Part shown: piece after piece, positions 60,648 through 64,000 of the stretch | Numbering within the stretch: the stretch's first letter is position 1 | Layout: each line of letters opens with the position of its first letter | Assembly: GCF_000281045.1 (NCBI RefSeq) | Contig: NW_008246078.1 | Coordinates: 173,328-237,327, forward strand | Direction of reading: 5' to 3' | Source: Saprolegnia diclina VS20 | Lineage: Eukaryota | DNA: 64,000 nucleotides | Made by a program: the position numbers and the translations under genes | The notes under the pieces: model-generated | What the model saw: the letters and a program-made list of their open reading frames with translations, nothing else | The model's database searches: none | Told to the model about the DNA's origin: nothing

Positions 60648-61643
60648 AATGTGCATAGATGTATAGCCTTTAACATTAAAGAGAGAAGTGTTTCACGGAC
60701 GCTTTGTGTAGCAACCACTTGCAGATATGTACGAGAGACGAGTAGTCGTATTCTTCTCCTTGACTCGCTGCATTCGGGGCCATGTGTTGCTCATCTGACG
60801 TCGTTTGGCGGCTCGGACGACGCACTAGATGGGCTCCTTTCAAGCGTCGCGGTCTACATCGTTTTCAGAGATAGTTGAGAGACAGTGGCGTACGACATAT
60901 TCCTCCTGCTTCGGTCCAGGACGGAGACCCTACCCCTTTCATCGGATCGCCAGCGTCCGGAGCGAAACAAACGACAACAATCGACAAGCTTGGGTGATTA
61001 CGACTAGAATTCGATACAACATACTTGCAGGCCGTGTCAACTCTCTAAGATTGGGAGGAAGTAGAATGGAGTGCGCACGGTAGTGTGCCTTTGAGGTTGG
61101 CCAATTGAGATTGCTTGGGCGGCAGCGTCGCCCGCTGGAGCCGCTTGCTCCAGATCTGCAATTCGCGCTCGCTCGAGCAAAGCGGCTCGTCGCAGTCGAC
61201 GCAGTGGTCGGCCAGCGCCGCGTTCACTGCATAGCACCATCTCGTGGGCGGATGCGTAGACCGATACGTAACCGCCACGTTCACGACGGACCCTACCCCT
61301 ACCATCGTATTCGCACGAGTTTGGCGTCACGAATTATAACTATATAGTACGGATCCAACTATATAACTATAACTACACACGACTAGAGTGTCCTTACAAC
61401 AAGAATCGCGCATCGAGACGCGCTACTAGAACATATAAATAACAGCAGGGTCTTCAACAAATAAAGTTTGAGAGGACCCGAGACCGCGCTTGCTACAGTA
61501 TCGAAAACACGTGCTTGCGCGCATGGGGAACGAAGCCGGGTGCGCCCTCCTGAAAGGGTACGAGGAGCTCAATGCGCCTGTAGGAAGCCCTCGTTGAAGA
61601 AGCGCTTTACGCTTGTACGTGCTCGCAGGGCCTCCATGTCGCT

Positions 61644-63173
61644 GTGTCTGAGTGGCATCTGCAGGGTAATAGCAAGGGCAGTGCAGATGACGCGCTGATC
61701 GCCGCTGTTTTCAACGACGACTTTGCCACGTTGGTTGCCTTGCTCAAGGCCGGCGCGAACCCCAACCACCGCGACGCTCAGGTTTACCGCGAAACCGACA
61801 AGATTGTACATAACGACGACGTAGCTGGGCGGGACGCCGCTGTTCCTCGCCGCCGCCATGAATAGGGATCCAACCATGATCGACGCGCTTCTTCGCGCGT
61901 CCGCCGACGTCAACTTCCAGCACAAGGTGCGTCGTGCGAGCCAGCCAGCGCAAAATTGTCGTCCTGTGATGTGTAGACCGGGAACACGGCGCTGCACGTA
62001 GCGGCGCAGGAAGGCGCGTTGGGCAATCTGTCGTTGCTGCTGGCCGCCAACGCGAGTCTCAACGTCACCGACGAGGTACGACGGGATATCAACCAATGGC
62101 TCGGTGGTTGATGGGCCTAGTCGGGACGCACGCCGCTGCACGACGCCGCCGAGCTCGGGCACCTCGAAGCGTGCCAGCGGCTTGTCGAAGCCGGCGCGCT
62201 CCTCAACGTCACCAACAATGTACGTTCATTCTAGAATGCAGCGTCTTCATGGCGGGTGGTAGAATGGCGAGACGCCGCTCTTTGTTGCGACGCGCAAAGG
62301 CGAGATGCGCGTCGTCCAGTACCTGCTCAACGACCTCCGCGTGCGCGTCGACGCTGTTGCCAACGTAGTTTGAGATTGCACTTGACAAGGGACACACAGG
62401 CGGCGCTAGGACGGCAACACGCCCTTGTGTGTGGCGATATCGACCATGAAGGCGAGTGTCGTGGACCTGTACATCCGCCGCGGCGCCAACATCAACCACC
62501 AAGGCAAGGTACGTTCACTGCGTTCCACTAGCCAGAGTGTCGAGGCGCTCTGTACGATGCAGGAAGGCATGACACCGCTGTGTGTCGCAGCGTCGGTCCA
62601 GGACGCAGATAGCGTCCGACTCTTGCTCCAGTATGGTCCCGACGTCGACTGCTGCTGCAGCGTACTGTGCCAGCCTGTCATTCACGCCTCACACGTCGAG
62701 TAGAAGGGCATGAGTCCGCTGAGCTACGCGTCGATGCATGGAGATACGGCGATCGTGCGTCTTCTCTTGGACGCCAACGCGACTGTGCTAAGGGCCGATG
62801 TACCGGTACGTACTTGCATCTTGCGGCTGCCATTGAGAGACATGTAGCCCGGGTGCACGGCGCTGGAGATGGCCAAGAAGGGCGGGCACCATGACGTGGT
62901 CCAGATGTTGATGCTAGCAGCGGACAAGCACCTTGAGGCATTTCTATCCCTCGAGGAGGTGATCTTAGTGCTGATTAGGTCAAGGCGCCGTCGTTCGAGG
63001 CAACGTTGTCCGAGCGACTCAAGCGCCTCTGCCAGCCCAAGGAAGAAGACATGTCCGAGCTCTGTCAGCGCCTCTGCAGCAGCGTGCCCTCTCCGGTGGA
63101 CTTTGGAACCGAGAGCGAGCGTAACCCGGTACACGATACAGTCCATGACGAGACGCATGGACGCGGCGCGTAG
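61644..63173 (+). CDS. Ankyrin-repeat protein, multi-exon (boundaries approximate)
   Basis: LLKAGANPNHRD, GRTPLFLAA, GNTALHVAAQEG, GRTPLHDAAELGH, GNTPLCVAI, GMTPLCVAA, GCTALEMAKKGGH. Confidence 0.7.
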
Positions 63174-63225
63174 AGTGGACCTGACCTTATGGCCGAGCAG
63201 CTGCAGCGTCTTCGCGCCGCGTTCA

Positions 63226-64000
63226 ATGACAAAGCCCAGGTACGCGTCGTCTCTGCTGTGCCGTAACACTGTCGTATTCTAGTCACGCCTCCAGTCCGAC
63301 TTGGTGCGGGCCGTCGACAAGGACTTGACTGCGACGGCAGAACACGCGCTCCAGGCAGGCGCCGACCCCAACGTTGTCGATAGCGTACGTACGCATAACA
63401 CAAGGGACAATTTGTCCTTAAATTTGACTAGACCCACGGCGTCCTCCTCTGCCGCGCGGCGCTTCAAGGCTCGGTCCCGATGGTCGACGTCCTCCTCACC
63501 GCTGGCGCCAAAGTCAACGCCACAGCCAGCGTACGCCCCGCTCTGTGGCCGCGATTGTTTCAGTGTATCAAGTGCAGGACGGACACTCGGCGCTGATGCA
63601 AGCAGTCTTGGGCCAGCACGAGCGCGTCATCGAGCGACTGATCAAGGCGCACGCCGATGTGAACCAGCCCACTGCGGTGCGTCCGACGGCAGCGCATTCA
63701 GTTGGCATCGACGAGCGTAGGGTGGGTGCTGCCCTCTGTACGCCGCCGCGAGCTACGGCTACGACGCCATCGTGCGCAAACTGGTGGCAGCCGGCGCCGA
63801 CGTCAACCAGTGCAACCAAGTACACGGCCGAGAATCTCCGATCGTAGCTCACACATTTCACTGCAGGCGTACTGGCCGCCGCTGCTTGTGAGTGTGCATG
63901 GCGGCCACGCCGGCATCGTCGAGACATTACTCAACGCTGGCGCCAACCGCTTGGCCGTCACCCACGTACGCTGTCTTTTCTACGAGGTCGACGAATGAGG
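63226..64000 (+). CDS. Ankyrin-repeat protein, multi-exon, 3'-partial
   Basis: ALQAGADPNVVD, DGHSALMQAVLGQH, GCCPLYAAASYGY, YWPPLLVSVHGGHAGIVETLLNAGA. Confidence 0.65.

Noticed and set aside
61045..61375. Small CxxC-containing ORF and nearby ACTATA repeats as a mobile-element remnant
   Set aside because: No terminal repeats, target-site duplication or transposase motif identified.

Overview
Gene-dense, GC-rich eukaryotic genomic DNA with many very short GT-AG introns (about 40-70 nt; donors often GTAC(G), acceptors often TAG). Gene content and style suggest a flagellated oomycete, probably Saprolegniales (inference). There is one 100-N assembly gap. About 35 protein-coding loci can be supported. 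Housekeeping and signalling genes: tyrosinase-domain protein, P4-type ATPase, Tctex-1 dynein light chain, UNC-45-like chaperone, mitochondrial ATP synthase gamma, NAK-family kinase, glucosidase II beta, LAMTOR2-like, TMEM198-like, CDK1/2-like kinase, GTP cyclohydrolase II, NDUFA12, Yos1/IER3IP1, MED15-like, IFT74, an ankyrin-TRP-like channel, an HSF-type factor, ADE2, RRP4 and a terminal ankyrin-repeat cluster. Most interesting: (1) a tandem array of four diverged ~100-aa genes that look like degenerate EF-hand proteins (18.8-22.5 kb); (2) a spliced, disordered protein carrying SMR-like CPGAPRK, D-box-like and RxL motifs; (3) small putatively dual-acylated proteins sharing WKK...SYTPP motifs; (4) a protease with TGA where Trp is expected; (5) a truncated Mis18 overlapping a convergent gene; (6) a duplicated membrane-spanning C-terminal module that could be alternatively spliced; (7) a PISL-to-PSSL flippase gate variant. 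No rRNA, tRNA, CRISPR array or recognisable transposon was seen. Gene models were spliced by eye, so boundaries of multi-exon genes are approximate and family calls rest on motif recognition, not database searches.
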